From the NCBI GenBank assembly GCA_951406725.2, contig OX597817.1, forward strand, positions 122,016,001 to 122,080,000: 64,000 bases of DNA, in the 5' to 3' direction. The notes under the pieces were generated by a model, which saw only the letters and a list, made by a program, of their open reading frames with translations, searched no databases and had not been told where the DNA came from. The DNA is from Octopus vulgaris. Its lineage: Eukaryota. The position numbers and the translations under genes were made by a program. Positions 1 to 13,320 of this stretch are shown one piece after another. Positions within the stretch are counted from its first letter, which is position 1. The number at the start of each line of letters is the position of its first letter.

Positions 1-3000
1 GCTCATCCCTTTCTGTCAAAGACCATGGGCTCCAATGTCAAAAACTTTCATTCTTCCTGAGCGTCAAACTAATACACCTGCTTGTTGTTCCCTTACCTGT
101 CTTTGTCATTTATTATCTGTACATTTGAATGATAAATGCATATATGTATGTATGTGTGTATGTATGTATGGGCACAGGATATCACCAACAATAGTGCAAG
201 TAACATGAAATACGTAAAAAAAGAGAAAAAATGGTAAACAGGACAAGTAAATACAGAGAAAGGACCCTTCACCTGTCCAGTTGTCGGCTGTCTATCTACT
301 CCTAGTTTCGAGCATTCATCAATATTATGAGTGTTCAAAGACTGTTGCACCTATAAATTCTAAAATAAAATTTAGGATTGGCGAAGGCTTAAAGTTGGAG
401 ACACAAATATTATAATGGAGACATACAAGGAAACCGAACGAAAAGAAACATGAAGGATCGCTAGACTAGAACGAGAGGAACATTTCTAAGTCCTGGAAGT
501 GTAGAAATATGGGGTGTGTATGTATATATATATGTGTGTGTGCGTGTGTGCATGTGTGTGTTTGTGTAAGCATGTGTGTATGTGCATATGCAGGTATTGT
601 CATTTCACGTGTCCTCTTCAACCATTATTTGGAACCTTTCAATCGAACTTTCTAAATTTATGAAAATAGTGAGATTCAAAAGTATCACTAATCCCCGAAA
701 ACATTTTCAGCATTCAACAAATCATTTTCGTGTAATACGACAAAATCGACAATTTGTCCGACTTCCATAATGATTCTGTGACAAAGTATAATTGACATCT
801 TGAAACGACTACATAAATTACTGACAGATTTTAATTTCTTATCAATTTGTCTTCGAAGATTAAATTTTCAGTTTCACGTGCACCATGTCTTCGGTAATAT
901 CGTTTCTAAACTCTTTCGTCCAAAGTTAATCTAATCTTTCGAATTAACTATATGGATAATATAAATAGGTAACCATATTAGTCTTAAATTATCATGGCTT
1001 CCTTTGATTGAAAATATTCGCACTGTAACATTAACAAGAAATTATTTTCAAAAAGAATTGGATTGTTAATGCAGAAGCGTATTGTAGAACTACTTTTGTA
1101 CCCACGTCACGGGAATGAGACTGCATGTCTTCCAGCGTGTTTCAGAATAATGGATAATAATACCAGGCATTAAAAGGCAAGAGCAATTAACTATTTCTAA
1201 GGTTGTAAATGTCTCATCGCTGTTTGACATTCAGAATACAGGCTGAAAGTTTAAAATAGCATAGTAAAAACTCTTATATAATATATGGAAAAACAAATAA
1301 AGATTTTTTTCCAACGATTTCCAAAAATGACTATTTAATGTGTATAAAATCACATACGTTTTATATTCCTATAAACGCCATATATAATTCGGTCTCAGTA
1401 GGCTGCAGGTAGTAATGCGAATATATTTCTGTTTCTGGTTGTGAATGATTACTATGGAATGTGTACTTGTATAAGCTACAACCAGGATAATGTTTTTGAA
1501 ATTTTGATTTTTAGAGTTACACTATAACTTTACATATAGCCCATCAAATATATGTTTAATGCTATCGTGAACGAAATCCAGCTACTCATAATAATTTCCT
1601 CTTCTTAGACATAAAAAAAATTGAAGGATACGTATAAACGTATATATATTTTTTCTCACATAAATACATGTGTGTGTATGTGTGTATGTGTGTGTGTCTG
1701 GGGTTTATGTTTCTGGTGTCTGTGTGGGTGGTGTTTGTGTGTGTGTTTGGATTAAATCTTGCAATATATAAAATGATATATCTCCTTGAAGACATAACAG
1801 CTGATGTGGATATTTTTTTATATCTTTACAGTTTACTACTCTGGCTTCGATTAGATTTAAATGTTTCACCTTATATAAATACATACATTTATCTTCCTAT
1901 AAATAAAAGTAAACTCATACACCCCTATTCGACAACTATATTTATTGTTTCTATAATTTTCTCAAAATACACAACAAATCAGATTGACAAAATTAATCTG
2001 GAATGAAATAACTGAATGCAATATAGAAGAGGAACATTCGTATTTACTTGGTTCGCATGAATGAGATGAGTCACACAAAGTGTAACACATTTGGGGAAAA
2101 TGTACAGAGAATATAGTTTGTTAACAACACTTGACATGATGATGAAAAAAAGCCATCTAGTTTAAATTTCGTTGGGTTGTAAACTCCAGAATCTTTAAAC
2201 AAAATAAAGACAAGAAATTCGTCGAATGTATTTTCCCTCATATTTGGATTCTAGAAATTCGAGGAAATATGATTAAGAGTTTGGTTTGTATTTGAAGAAA
2301 GGCATCATCTCATTATATTTAAGACGTGGTCAGGCAATAATTTGGAGTAGATATTTGTCTTTTTATCCGGATGGTAGTCAGTTCCTATGTTCCATGACTG
2401 CTGAAGACACAAAGGAAAATGTCTTTAAACCTAATCCAAATGCTTGTAAATTACTGAATGCCACTAAAGTCAGCAGACGTGCAAGATGATGGTGTGAAAT
2501 TGTGAAATAAAAGACGGGTTAAGTCTACTGCTGAAGTAAGCCATGGCGGGATTTGATCTCACAACACAACGAGTCAGAACAAATACTGCTATGCATCAGT
2601 TTCCTGCGTTATCTCCTTCCACCGATTTTGACTTGTACATTTGATGAACCATCAGATGATGAAAATCGAAGTTTACTTCGGTGAAATTTAAACTCAAACA
2701 GCCGAAAATAACACCAGAAAAGCGATCTCTCTGACACTAATGACTCTGCCAAATCCCCGCCTCCTCCAAAGATCAACTCATAACATTTTCAGTAGCGTCT
2801 GCAAACTATGCACAGCTAAAACCTCAAAATTTTGATACTTCCTAGTTATAACCCAAATGTGAGGAGGAAATCATTTTCATTTTGTTTTCATTCTCAATTC
2901 AGACTTCGAAGAATATTCCTGTCAAGAAAACAGACCAGTTGACTCCCCAACCGATAAAAAGTATACCTAGACACTCAGCCGACGAAAATTTAAGAGAAAT

Positions 3001-3689
3001 TATAAGTGAAATTGTCAATTGCAGTACAGTACTTTTCCAATGAGAGAAAAATATGCTGTACATCTTTATGTAAAATTTATTTCAGTTTGGTGTTGCCATT
3101 AATTCACGTATTATGAATCCCCATACATATCTCACTTGAGTTATACTTATACCTTAAAAACATGCGGTTTCAGTGGCATCTTAAACTAGAAAAGTTTAAC
3201 TTCAAAACTTTGTCGAAGGATGTAGTCCAATGCAATTACAAAAGGAAAAGGACGACCCATTGATGTTTGGCCGTATTTTACATAAAGCTGCATAGTTTTT
3301 CATATGTGAGTACATGACCATCAATGAAGATGAAAGCGAACTTACTTTTTTACCAAAAGTTGCATACAGAGCAAAGAAGTCTGTAAATTCAAGAACCTTG
3401 TACTTTATATTGCTAAGAGTAAGAACATCCTTTTTTGATAGGTAATGAACTAACACGAAGTGTTTTTAATCTTCAAAACCTCTAGTAATCGAGAATTTCA
3501 AAGTTAACAATACTGGTATTCTTCAGGACATGGGTAAAAAATATTCTTCCTGATTATTGGTCGAATGTTAAACCAAAGAGGAATTACTATATCGTCTTGT
3601 GTGCTATTTTTATTATGTAAAAAAAAGTTTCCATGACGAATAATGAGAGAGTTCAGAACATTCTCTCTTAATGGGACGCTGGTCCGTCG

Positions 3690-3835
3690 CACGGTTACTT
3701 ATTTAGAGGTGAAAAGATTGTAGTAGCGTAAGATGAAGTTTAGGTCAAGAGCACAACGCACTACCCGGTCTGGGAATCGAAACTGCGACTTTGTATGTGT
3801 ACATCACCCCAACCACTTTGCTACGTGCCTTCACG
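3690..3835 (-). mobile_element. Degenerate tRNA-derived SINE, 5' part
   Basis: Minus strand reads gtgaaggcacgtagcaaagtggttgggg...gcagtttcgattcccagaccgggtagtgcgttgtgctcttgac: A-box/B-box-like head followed by a SINE body similar to the copy at 26200. Boundaries approximate. Confidence 0.6.
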
Positions 3836-4109
3836 CAAGGTCTCAAAATATCTTATGCCATGAAGCTAGATTAAGGACGAGATTTCTGGAAACATTCAGC
3901 AGACTTTTTCGATTGCTGTCCACTGCAGGAGAGACTTTGCTGTGCAATGCTATCGCGTTGAACAGCAGACCACATCAGATGTAGTATGTTGAAGAGCAAC
4001 CATGTACATTGTCGTTAATATCAGATTGAGAACCTACCAAAGGTAATGGGAACAGAGATTTCTGGCGTGGCGTTCTGAAACGCATATAGATTACGACCGC
4101 TTGAGGAAG

Positions 4110-4275
4110 AGGATGACGACGCAATAGAAGCAAAAGGAGAAGGAGGAGAAGAAGCAAAAGGAGAAGAAGAAGAAAAAGAAGCAGAAGAAGAAAATAAAGA
4201 AGAAGAAAAAAGAAGAAAAAGATGATCGTAATAATAATAATAACCATAGAAGCAGAAGAACAAGAAGAAGAAAAC
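4110..4275. repeat. Degenerate (GAA/GGA)n low-complexity tract
   Basis: Visible directly; explains the poly-L/S/F ORFs at 3975-4353. Confidence 0.9.
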
Positions 4276-5664
4276 GTCAAGAATATTTTCTTCCGTTTGC
4301 GAATGAAATGCAATTGTATATGCACATACATATATGGATACACGGACATCCATTCATGTATATATGAGTGCGTGAATTGTGTATGTATAAGAGATTAAAT
4401 TTAATTTACAAACGGCAAAGCATTCAAAGCATGTATTGGAATTGTTCCATGGAACATGAAATTTTGCAGAACATTATTTTTTCATTGCATTGATACATTT
4501 TACTTAATGGCAATATTTTGTTATACAAAAAATGTACTGTTTCATTATGTTCATCTCATCTAAAATTGTACCGTGATCAACTACGCCTACCATCCCAGTA
4601 AGGACGATAAAATAAAGAACATGTAATATACTGGGAGTTGATTCAATCGAGCATACATCTCTTCCTCAATAAATTTACGGGTCTTGTGCCAGTAAAAGAA
4701 ATCAATATTTAAATAGCTTAAAATAATAGGTTGCTTTGGCAACAAGTGTTGTATATTCTATTGATTAGAGAACCATTTTCTACCCTCTACCTTTGAAAAT
4801 CGATTGCGCCTTATCCACTATTTACTTTTGAATACATTTCATCTTTCTTCTCCTCACACATGATAATGATTATCTAAACTTCTGAACTACGATATTCCTT
4901 TGTGAATTCTTCGTATAGCACCACCACCATTTTATTATTTCTTCACATAATTTCTCAAATCAAAACGAATCTATACTTTACGCTATGTATTTATCGTATT
5001 TTTTTAATTTTATTTTTTCCTTCACTAAATATTTACCGCATGATTTATTAAAGCTATTTATTTAGTGATAAATTGTATATCATAACTGCACAGGTTTCCG
5101 CTAGTTCTGTGATTCAAAACACAAATATTTACAGTGAATGAGCGATCTGGTTTCAAGTAGTGCATAACAGATTAAATCCATTCAACAGTAAAGAAAAGTA
5201 TAAGTTGTGCTATGATCAAGTTAAGGAGAACAGGAGAGTTATTCTTTGACGAGTGTGTTTATGCCGATTTACACATTGAATACATAGAGTATTAGGGTTT
5301 CTATATATTCAGATATTTTTCAAAGACAAACGAACTCATTTCTTTTTATATTTTACAGTTTTGTTTATAGTTATCGTTTTTTCACTGAAAATGCTAATAT
5401 TCTGCGAGGTCTTTATACTTTTAAATTGGCGTATAAGAAGATAAAAAGTTGCAAAGGTATTTTATTCCTATTATCACTGTTTTTGCTGTTTTTTTTTCAT
5501 TTGTTTTGTTTGTAATATTTTTTAAATGATTTGATCTGGAGGTAGGAGCAGCACCCGCAGCCTTGCCACCAACACCTCTGATCAGTAAAATCGGCAAGTG
5601 TTGATGTCCGCTTTGAACAACTGAAAACATCATGAGCAGGAAGGTAATTCCAGATAGCTGACGT

Positions 5665-5896
5665 AAGGCAGTGAGCTGGCAGAAACGTTAGCCAGCCGGG
5701 CGAAATGCTTAGCAGTATTTCGTCTGCGGTTACGTTCTGAGTTCAAATTCCGCCGAGGTCGACTTTGCCTTTCATCCTTTCGGGGACGATTAAATAAGTA
5801 CCAGTTACGCACTGGGGTTGATATAATCGACTTAATCCGTTTGTCTGTCCTTGTTTGTCCTCTCTGTGTTTAGCCCCTCGTGGGTAGTAAAGAAAT
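5665..5896 (+). mobile_element. Full-length tRNA-derived SINE (family A) with 23-bp target-site duplication
   Basis: Head aaggcagtgagctggcagaaacgttagc, B-box-like gagttcaaattcc, central gcctttcatcctttcgggg...aagtaccag. Flanked by the direct repeat aggtaattccagatagctgacgt at 5642-5664 and 5897-5919. Near-identical copy on the minus strand at 34025-34251. Confidence 0.9.
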
Positions 5897-6789
5897 AGGT
5901 AATTCCAGATAGCTGACGTTGAGGCAAGGACTACAGACTAAGGAAGTTGTTAATTCGTGATTTGGAGGATGAGACACTTATCAGCGACGAGAGGTCAGTA
6001 CAGTAGATCTGAGTAGCGATGGGACAAGACTAGTCAATTCTTTAGGATCAGAGGTCATTGAAGTCGTAGTAGAAAGGGCACAGTGTGGAGAAAGCCCGCT
6101 TATTGGCTACAGCTTGCTTCGAATTTATCAATATTTAGAAATATTATCTGCTTTAATCGATCATACTCAGCTCCATTAATGCTTCAGCCATAATCATAGA
6201 TTTTCCGCATATATTTTCGCATATCATAAGTTAGAAATCAATATTCTTTGATGACGTTTTACTTTCAGATTGTTGTTTAAACAGATAAGTGTAAAAGCAT
6301 TTCCCATTTATCATTATCGTTTGTGTCTTGTCTTTTTATTATTCTTTAATATCGTTAGTGCACTATATTAAATGACCTGCAATATTTAGTGACATGATGT
6401 ACACTACAAACATTAAATTAATCCTACAGTAAAACAGTAAAACGTATTATACAAATACATGTATAGAGTTACAAAAGACAATGGAGAATACGCCTTAGAA
6501 ACACATGCTATAAAATATGGTAGTAAGTGACACGAATGATTTCTTTACCAAAGTGTCATAAACGTTTGAAGAGGGGCAAACGAATCAAACGCTTATCTGT
6601 AATTTTATAAACCACGGTGACTTTTGAACGTATAGTATATCAGGAAATACTACTAGCATTTAGTGATATTCAGTAAGTAGTCTATAAAAAGAGGGTTAAG
6701 CATTCCATTCGCTCCTCTACTAAGTGCTTAGGACATAAGAAATCCCAGAGAAGATAATGCTTCCTTCCTTTGCTTCCTCAAAACGAGGA

Positions 6790-7800
6790 ACTTGCCATAT
6801 CCATTCGAAAGACTAGATTGAAGAAACTGTGGTATGTTTATGATAGAATGTAGAAGCCTGTCCTTTGAAAGTAGGTGACATTGAGTTTGAAACGATAAGT
6901 TATCTGCCTAGATAATGGATTCTGCATTTCGTGAACAGATGAAACATGAAGGCCGCAAGTTGATACATTAGTGAACACGCAACTCTTTGGCTTGTCTGAC
7001 ATTTATGACACAATACACTCAGGTAGTGATAGCAGAGGTGACCCATAATAGAATGTGGCGTTTTGGAACTATAAGAAGAGCCAGGACATAATGACCTCCG
7101 AAGAAAGCAATACCTTCTTGAAATTATGTCACTGTACCAACTGGGGAAAGTGAAGCAGACGAGCGGTGCAGAGTAGAAAGCTCAGTTGCTAGACATGCGG
7201 TAGTAAAGGTCAGCTGAGGCTACACTGTCTTAAAGAAAAAGTACATCGTAGAAGTTGAAACGATAATTTTCTGCAGTGAATATCACAAATGCTATAGCTA
7301 TTGACAATATTGTCTCAGAATATTCTGTGGATAGCCAGGTAGAAGCAAACAAGTCCTAAATGAAATACTTCCTCCTCTGTACAACCGATACCAGAGCCAA
7401 ACTTGCTCGGATGAACAAATATAGAGTGCTTGCTTCTACATAAAGAGTTGGCCATAGGTTGCGAATAGCGGTTTCGCCGTATCACATTGAATTTATGAAA
7501 CAGAAATGACATCTGGAGAAATTTGGGAAATAATCGGGGACGATAAGTTCTGACAGAAGTAACAAAAGCATGACTCATGCTAAAAGGAAGCAAGAGTCTG
7601 CTCTATGAAGAGGCCTACATTCCCTGCATTCTCCAAATGGGGAACACAAAAGTCATGGACTTGCTGAACGACTCATAAGAAAGATGATTCAGGAGATTGG
7701 GGTTGGATATGTTGAACATCAGAATGATAAGCTCTTGGCAATGGTAAAAGTTGAAGAGATTATACAAAATTGGAGGAACTAATCGGGATAAAATATCACC
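6790..7800 (+). mobile_element. Possible heavily decayed Ty3/Gypsy gag-protease remnant
   Basis: Broken-frame motifs: zinc-knuckle-like tggaactataagaag..ccaggacat (WN.KK/PGH) near 7065-7089 and an aspartic-protease-like LGLDML (ttggggttggatatgttg) near 7697-7714. No intact frame; boundaries rough. Confidence 0.3.
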
Positions 7801-8132
7801 AGAGGCGTGGGCTGATCCTGAATGAGTAGATGCTGATTCCTCTATGGCGGCATCGTTTTTTCTCTTTTACTAAGTTTTCAACTGGTTTCAATAATTTGCA
7901 CCCAACCAAATTATTTATACGGACCCTCTCCCACAAATCACACACACGCACCTCACCCCATATATATTTTACTTGTTTAATCTAGGGGTTGTGGCCATAA
8001 GTGGGGCTTCACAAAACCTCCATATGTTTTGTATCTCTCTTGCATATTTTGTAGGTTTACTGTAGGTTTAGGTACTTGTGACCAATGCACAAACATAAAA
8101 AGTATTGTTGCTGCTCTTTCAATTACAATTAT

Positions 8133-8220
8133 GGCAGTGAGCTGGCAGAATCGTTAGCACGCTGGACGAAATACTTGGCAGCATTACGTCATTTAGCTGC
8201 GTTCTGCATTGAAATTCCGA
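8133..8220 (+). mobile_element. 5' half of a family A SINE
   Basis: ggcagtgagctggcagaatcgttagcacgctggacgaaatacttggcagcattacgtc matches the head of the 5665 copy. Confidence 0.8.
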
Positions 8221-8280
8221 CCTTATCCAGCATAATAAGTTGCGAGTTTTCATCAATTAATAATAATAATAATAATAATA

Positions 8281-10140
8281 CCGAATGATACCACTAACAC
8301 TGATTCTGAAGAAAGCAAAGGCTGGGTATGTCAACCTCTTGTTACTCATGGGCGACCTCAAACTTTATAGTAAAGATGAACCCCAAATCAGTTCCCTCGT
8401 TGATACGGTGTATACTTTCAGTGCTGATATCAGAATGGAGTTCGGGCTGAAAAAGTGTGGTGTGTTAGTCTTGAAGAGAGGCAAAATTAAATGCATGGAC
8501 GGGCTAGCGATACCGTCGGGGGAGGTTATGATGAAGAGACGGGCTACAGGTACTTGAGGATATTAAGGATATAAGTACTTGCGCAGACTGAGATTGATAT
8601 TTAACCTGAAATTACAAGGACGGAATACGATTCAAGCTATCAACACCTGGGAAGTTTCACTCATTAGATATGGAGCAGGGGTAATTGCATGGGCAGTAGA
8701 CAAAGTAAACAGCTTAGACAGAAAAACGAGGAAGCTTCTGACTACATGAGTTAAAAAATCAGATATATGGACGGGCTAACGATACCGTCAGGGGAGGTCA
8801 TGAAGCAGATAGAAAAGACAGGCTATAAGTACTTGGGGAGTTTGGAAATGGATAAATTCATGGAGAAAGAAATGACAGAAACATTTAAAGTGGAGTACTT
8901 GCGCAGACTAAGACTGATCCTTAAGTCGAAATTAAACGGAAGGAATAAGATCGAAGCTATCAACACCTGGACGGTTTCATAACTTAGATATAGAGTAGGG
9001 GTAATCGCATGGACATTAGACGAAGCAAACAGCTTAGACAGAAAGACAAGGAAGTTGCTAACTAGATATGAGTCATTCCACCCAAAACGTGACACAGATA
9101 GACTGTATGTACCAAGAAAAAGAAAGGGAAGAGGACTTATTGCATGCGAGCACAGCATTAGGGCAGATGAATACATGGTATGTAAAAGATACCACAGAAC
9201 CGCTATTATTAGAAGTAAGAAGGTCAGGCTTGTGTGGGATGAGAGACTGCAAAGATAGATCACTATACAAAAACTTGAAAAAAGATTGAATCTGAAAATA
9301 GGTGGGTAAAGAAAAGAATGGATGGTCAATTTCATAGGGATGCTGAAGATAGACAGACAAAGAAAAAAGGTGGCTGAGGATGACTAAAAGTGATTTAAAA
9401 CCGGAAACGGAGGCTCTAATATGTTCTGCCCAAGAGCAAACACTAAGAACAAACTACATAAAATACAGAATAGACAACACAACAAAAAGTGATAAGTGTA
9501 GAATCTGTGGACAAAACGGCGAAACCGTATGGTATATTACCAGCCAATATATGCCACTAGCCCAGAAGGAATATAAGAGACGCCACGACAATATAGCCAG
9601 GTCTGTCCATTGGACACTTTGCAACAAGTATAGACTTGACAGAACAAAAATTGGTACGACCACAAACCTGAAGGCATCGTCGAATATAGAAATACAAAGA
9701 TCCTATGGGATTTCGTGATTCAGTGCGACCATGAGATAGAGAATAGGAAGCCAGATACAGTCTTAATTTGAGAAATAAAAACTATGCTGGATCATAGATA
9801 TAGCATGCCCAGCTGACAACAAGGCGTGCAATAAGGAAGAAAGAAGAGTCGAGATATGTGACAAGTTAGCTTGGGAAGTTAAGCAGTTGAGGTTGCTGAA
9901 AAAGGTGGCAGTAGTACTAATAATTGTCGGAGCCCTGGGAACAATGAGCAAACATCTCAAGAAATACGTGGAATAAACAGGGGCTGCAATAAGGTTGGTA
10001 AACGTGCAGAAAACAGCACTGCTTGGAACCTCTCGAATACTTCGAAAGGTGCTCGAAAAATAAGAGGTGTTACCTTAGTTTACTGGTAGTGAACAGCTGA
10101 TACCGTAATACATCTCCAGCGTTATTAACTGTCCAAACGC
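8281..10140 (+). mobile_element. 5'-truncated, frameshifted R4/Dong-like non-LTR retrotransposon (RT C-terminus, CCHC finger, restriction-like endonuclease)
   Basis: ORF pieces LLLMGDLKLYSK (YMDD-like RT site), GYKYLG, HPKRDTDRLYVPRKRKGRGL, AQEQTLRT, CRICGQNGETVWYITSQ, YKRRHDNIAR, then IDIACP and IVGALGT motifs. (TAA)n on both flanks (8258-8280, 10141-10158), matching the known TAA-repeat targeting of Dong. Confidence 0.9.
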
Positions 10141-10155
10141 AATGATAATAATAAT

Positions 10156-10273
10156 AATCCTTTCTACTAAAAGTACAAGGCCTGAAATTGTGGGGTAGAG
10201 AATTACTTGGATCGATGATTGACTTATCCCTTCCCCATAAATTTCAGGCCTTGTGCCTATAATAGGAAGAATT
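10156..10273. repeat. Inverted pair of SINE-tail-like segments (about 40-bp arms)
   Basis: acaaggcctgaaattgtgggg on the left pairs with ccccataaatttcaggccttgt on the right. Confidence 0.75.
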
Positions 10274-10339
10274 ATTAGTATTATTATTGACTTAGCTTCT
10301 GATTTATCAATGTCACATCTCATTTCAGATCTACCCCAC

Positions 10340-10515
10340 ACCTAGCTTAGAGGCGCTACATTTTTCTCAAACCACGAGGTGTTTAAATATTGCTGCCAAC
10401 TGAATACCTCCTATGATGTTTGCTACTAGCAGCTTTTGATACCAGAATATGGCTCTCCATGAAACTGTTGCAATTGCACCGATCAAAATGGGTACCACTC
10501 TCACTTTCGATTTCG
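10340..10515 (-). mobile_element. Short R4/Dong-like C-terminal fragment
   Basis: Minus-strand translation KVRVVPILIGAIATVS...NIIGGIQLAAIF resembles the VPIVIGALGT...IQKAAL end of RLE-type LINE ORFs. Confidence 0.55.
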
Positions 10516-13220
10516 TGTTGAGGAAAGAATTACAGCTTAAAGATTTACTAGTTGTTTTTAAACAAACCTTAACCAGTGTGGGAATGAAAATTGATATGTA
10601 GTTAGTAACAATAAAACATGATTTATGCTCTCAGGGCAATTGACAGCATTCATTAACTAGATGAGAAGTTATATTTTTTGCTCTTTCAAATTTGCTAATG
10701 TGGAAATATTAAATGTCAGTTTTATTGATTTACATATTAATGTTAAACTCTATTATATTCATTTATTTCCCAGTAATTCATGCCTACCATAGTCCTTCTA
10801 CGTAGTCTATACTCAAATTTAAATAATTTATATCAACATTAAAGGATATTTTACGGTAGCGTTGTGTTCGACATCATAGATTTTTTTTTCAAATAAAGAT
10901 GATCAAATAAAGATAACAATTTCAACGTACCAATATAAACAAACATAAAACACCAATTCTACAATATTTGTAAAATATTAAACATGAATTATATGGAGTT
11001 ATTTATTTTATAATTTCTCTCTTGTTTTAAAAACTTAAATGTTATGATAAATGCAGTTATAGACATACAGAAGAACAGGATGGTCACCAGAGGGATGCTT
11101 TCGAACTAAGATCAGCTCTATCAAAGAGTTGCAGCGAAAGGACAATGGCATGAAAAAATTAGAATATGGCTGAAGAAAAAGTCATAGTAAGGCTATTATT
11201 CGTAATATCACGAGACATACAAGCGTATTCTACAAACACTATAATACAATAACATTATTTCCAAGGACTGCATAATTCCAGTAAATTTGGATTTAGAATA
11301 GTTTGTGCTAGAAAGCATGCAAAGTAGATATTCTGCTAAAGTTTTCTCATTCACAAATTTAAGTACTTTCGAATCTAAATCAATGAATTAGATTGTGACA
11401 TTTGATTTGCCGGCACACTGCCATATCCATACAGTATCAAGAAGGATTCACACATACAACGGGCAGTGAAGTGTAAATCTAACGTCTTAGAGAACCAGAT
11501 TTTCGCGACCCAATTCTGTATCATACGTTTGTATCATTTGATTTCACTTATATCACTAATAGTATTGAGAAAGTTAAAATACCATACAATTTTATTTCTT
11601 CTTGTCTACCATAAGCCTAATGCATAATATTTTTTGTTTTAACCTAAACATCGATTGCTTACCTAAAACGAAATTGGCGCAAATGAAACCGAGATATATA
11701 GACTTCATGCTTGAGATCTATAATTTTAGCAAACCAGTCTTCCACCATATCACGGAATGAAATCAACCACTCTAACTTCGTTATTCATTAGTATGAACAT
11801 ATCATGTAAAGAAACTTTTGCCGCAAACCATAATCAGAAAGTTTAAATTTAACGCAGCTGTCAGTGATAATTTTCTATCAGGAGAAAATCAACAACCTGA
11901 TAGATTTAAATCATGTAGCAAGTAATATAATTGAATAGTGGTAGAACAACATTTCTGTAACTATTACTAAACTGTAGGCATTATTTTATATCAGTTGAAG
12001 TAGTTTTTCGCACTCTTTCTTAAGAATGATACAAAGATGTAGAAACAATTAACATTTTTTATACATTAAAAATACAATTATAGAAACAAATATATATTTT
12101 TTTTTATAATTAATAAAATATTAATTTGTGTTACTTAGATGTGAGACCACGAATGTCGCGTGCTTCTGGTGAATTATTTCCCACGCAAAATACAATGAAT
12201 TGGGTAATTTAAATAAATGCGTCTTGTTCATTAATGAGATTTATAATCATTATATGTCATATCGGGAGTTAGATTCACTATCTCCAAATCAATGCAAACC
12301 TTGATAATTTGTGGATCTAAAACAACATTGGATACAAAATCGATTCAGTTGTACTGTACTAAATTAGTTTTACTAAGCTTGAATGAAAACTTTTCAACAT
12401 AGTTCCTGATTATTTTCAGCTGAAATTAAATCCTTATTTTACCAAGTTTCACTGGCATGGCTTTAAACTACGTTTCATAAAGCAAAACAGTAATTAATCT
12501 AGTTTGCAACACATCCTATGTTGGTTCTTCAATCATAAATATTTTAATACTCGTTTGAAATTGCTCCAGGATCTCATTGATAATTTGCATGCAAACAATA
12601 GAATATTGCATGACAGCTTAAATATTTCGGTTAACTAATCTCAGCATTCGTGCATTTGTCTGTTACACTGCAAACATAATCAGAAACGAAGACGACTGGA
12701 GTATAGTGGAGCAGACAAATGCATTAAGTATAACATTAATAATCCAAAAGCTTTTAGTTGTTGCGATAATACATAATCTCAAAAATACGAAACTTTATTG
12801 AAATTAAACATATAATTGTTATTATTTACAAATGTAATGTATTTATATAAATATAAAACTGTAAAATAATTTTCAAAATATTCAGTTTCATGTAATGTGC
12901 TGATGGGGGAAAACTAAATTACAGCTTTACTATTTTCCCTCAAATCACTATATTATTAATTCACTTGTATGACATAGATGTTGTATATATATTGTTGACT
13001 TCACGACTAATATGTGACAATTATATTACGTTGAAATGATACTTTAAAATTAAAGAAGTTATACGTCTAGCAAAGATACATATTTAATTCAATCAAGTAA
13101 GATCAAACTGATGCTTTGAGCTGTCCGATCTTTCATATTATCTAAGTTACATAAAAGTCCTAAATGCGAAACCACCTAGTCGGTTCAATTCACTAATAAG
13201 TCATCTCTTATTCTTTGACA

Positions 13221-13320
13221 TTAGCCAATGAAATATATGACTGAAATCAGCGTAAAAGCATATGTGAGATGGGTATGCGTATAAAAGGGGTTAGTGTCAA
13301 ATATGTGTTGCATTTCATCG
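13221..13320 (+). promoter_or_regulatory. Candidate Pol II core promoter (CCAAT + TATA)
   Basis: AGCCAATG (CCAAT 13225-13229) and TATAAAAGGGG (13280-13290) at canonical spacing in non-repetitive sequence. Motif evidence only. Confidence 0.25.

Noticed and set aside
1-350. Hammerhead-like remnants (ctgtcaaagacc...gctccaatgtc at 13-39; minus-strand gctcGAAACtag near 300-345)
   Set aside because: Too many core mismatches and truncated by the window edge; probably a decayed PLE-type repeat but not supportable as a ribozyme.
3202-3692. Two short minus-strand ORFs in unique sequence
   Set aside because: No recognisable domain, non-ATG starts and no convincing splice sites.
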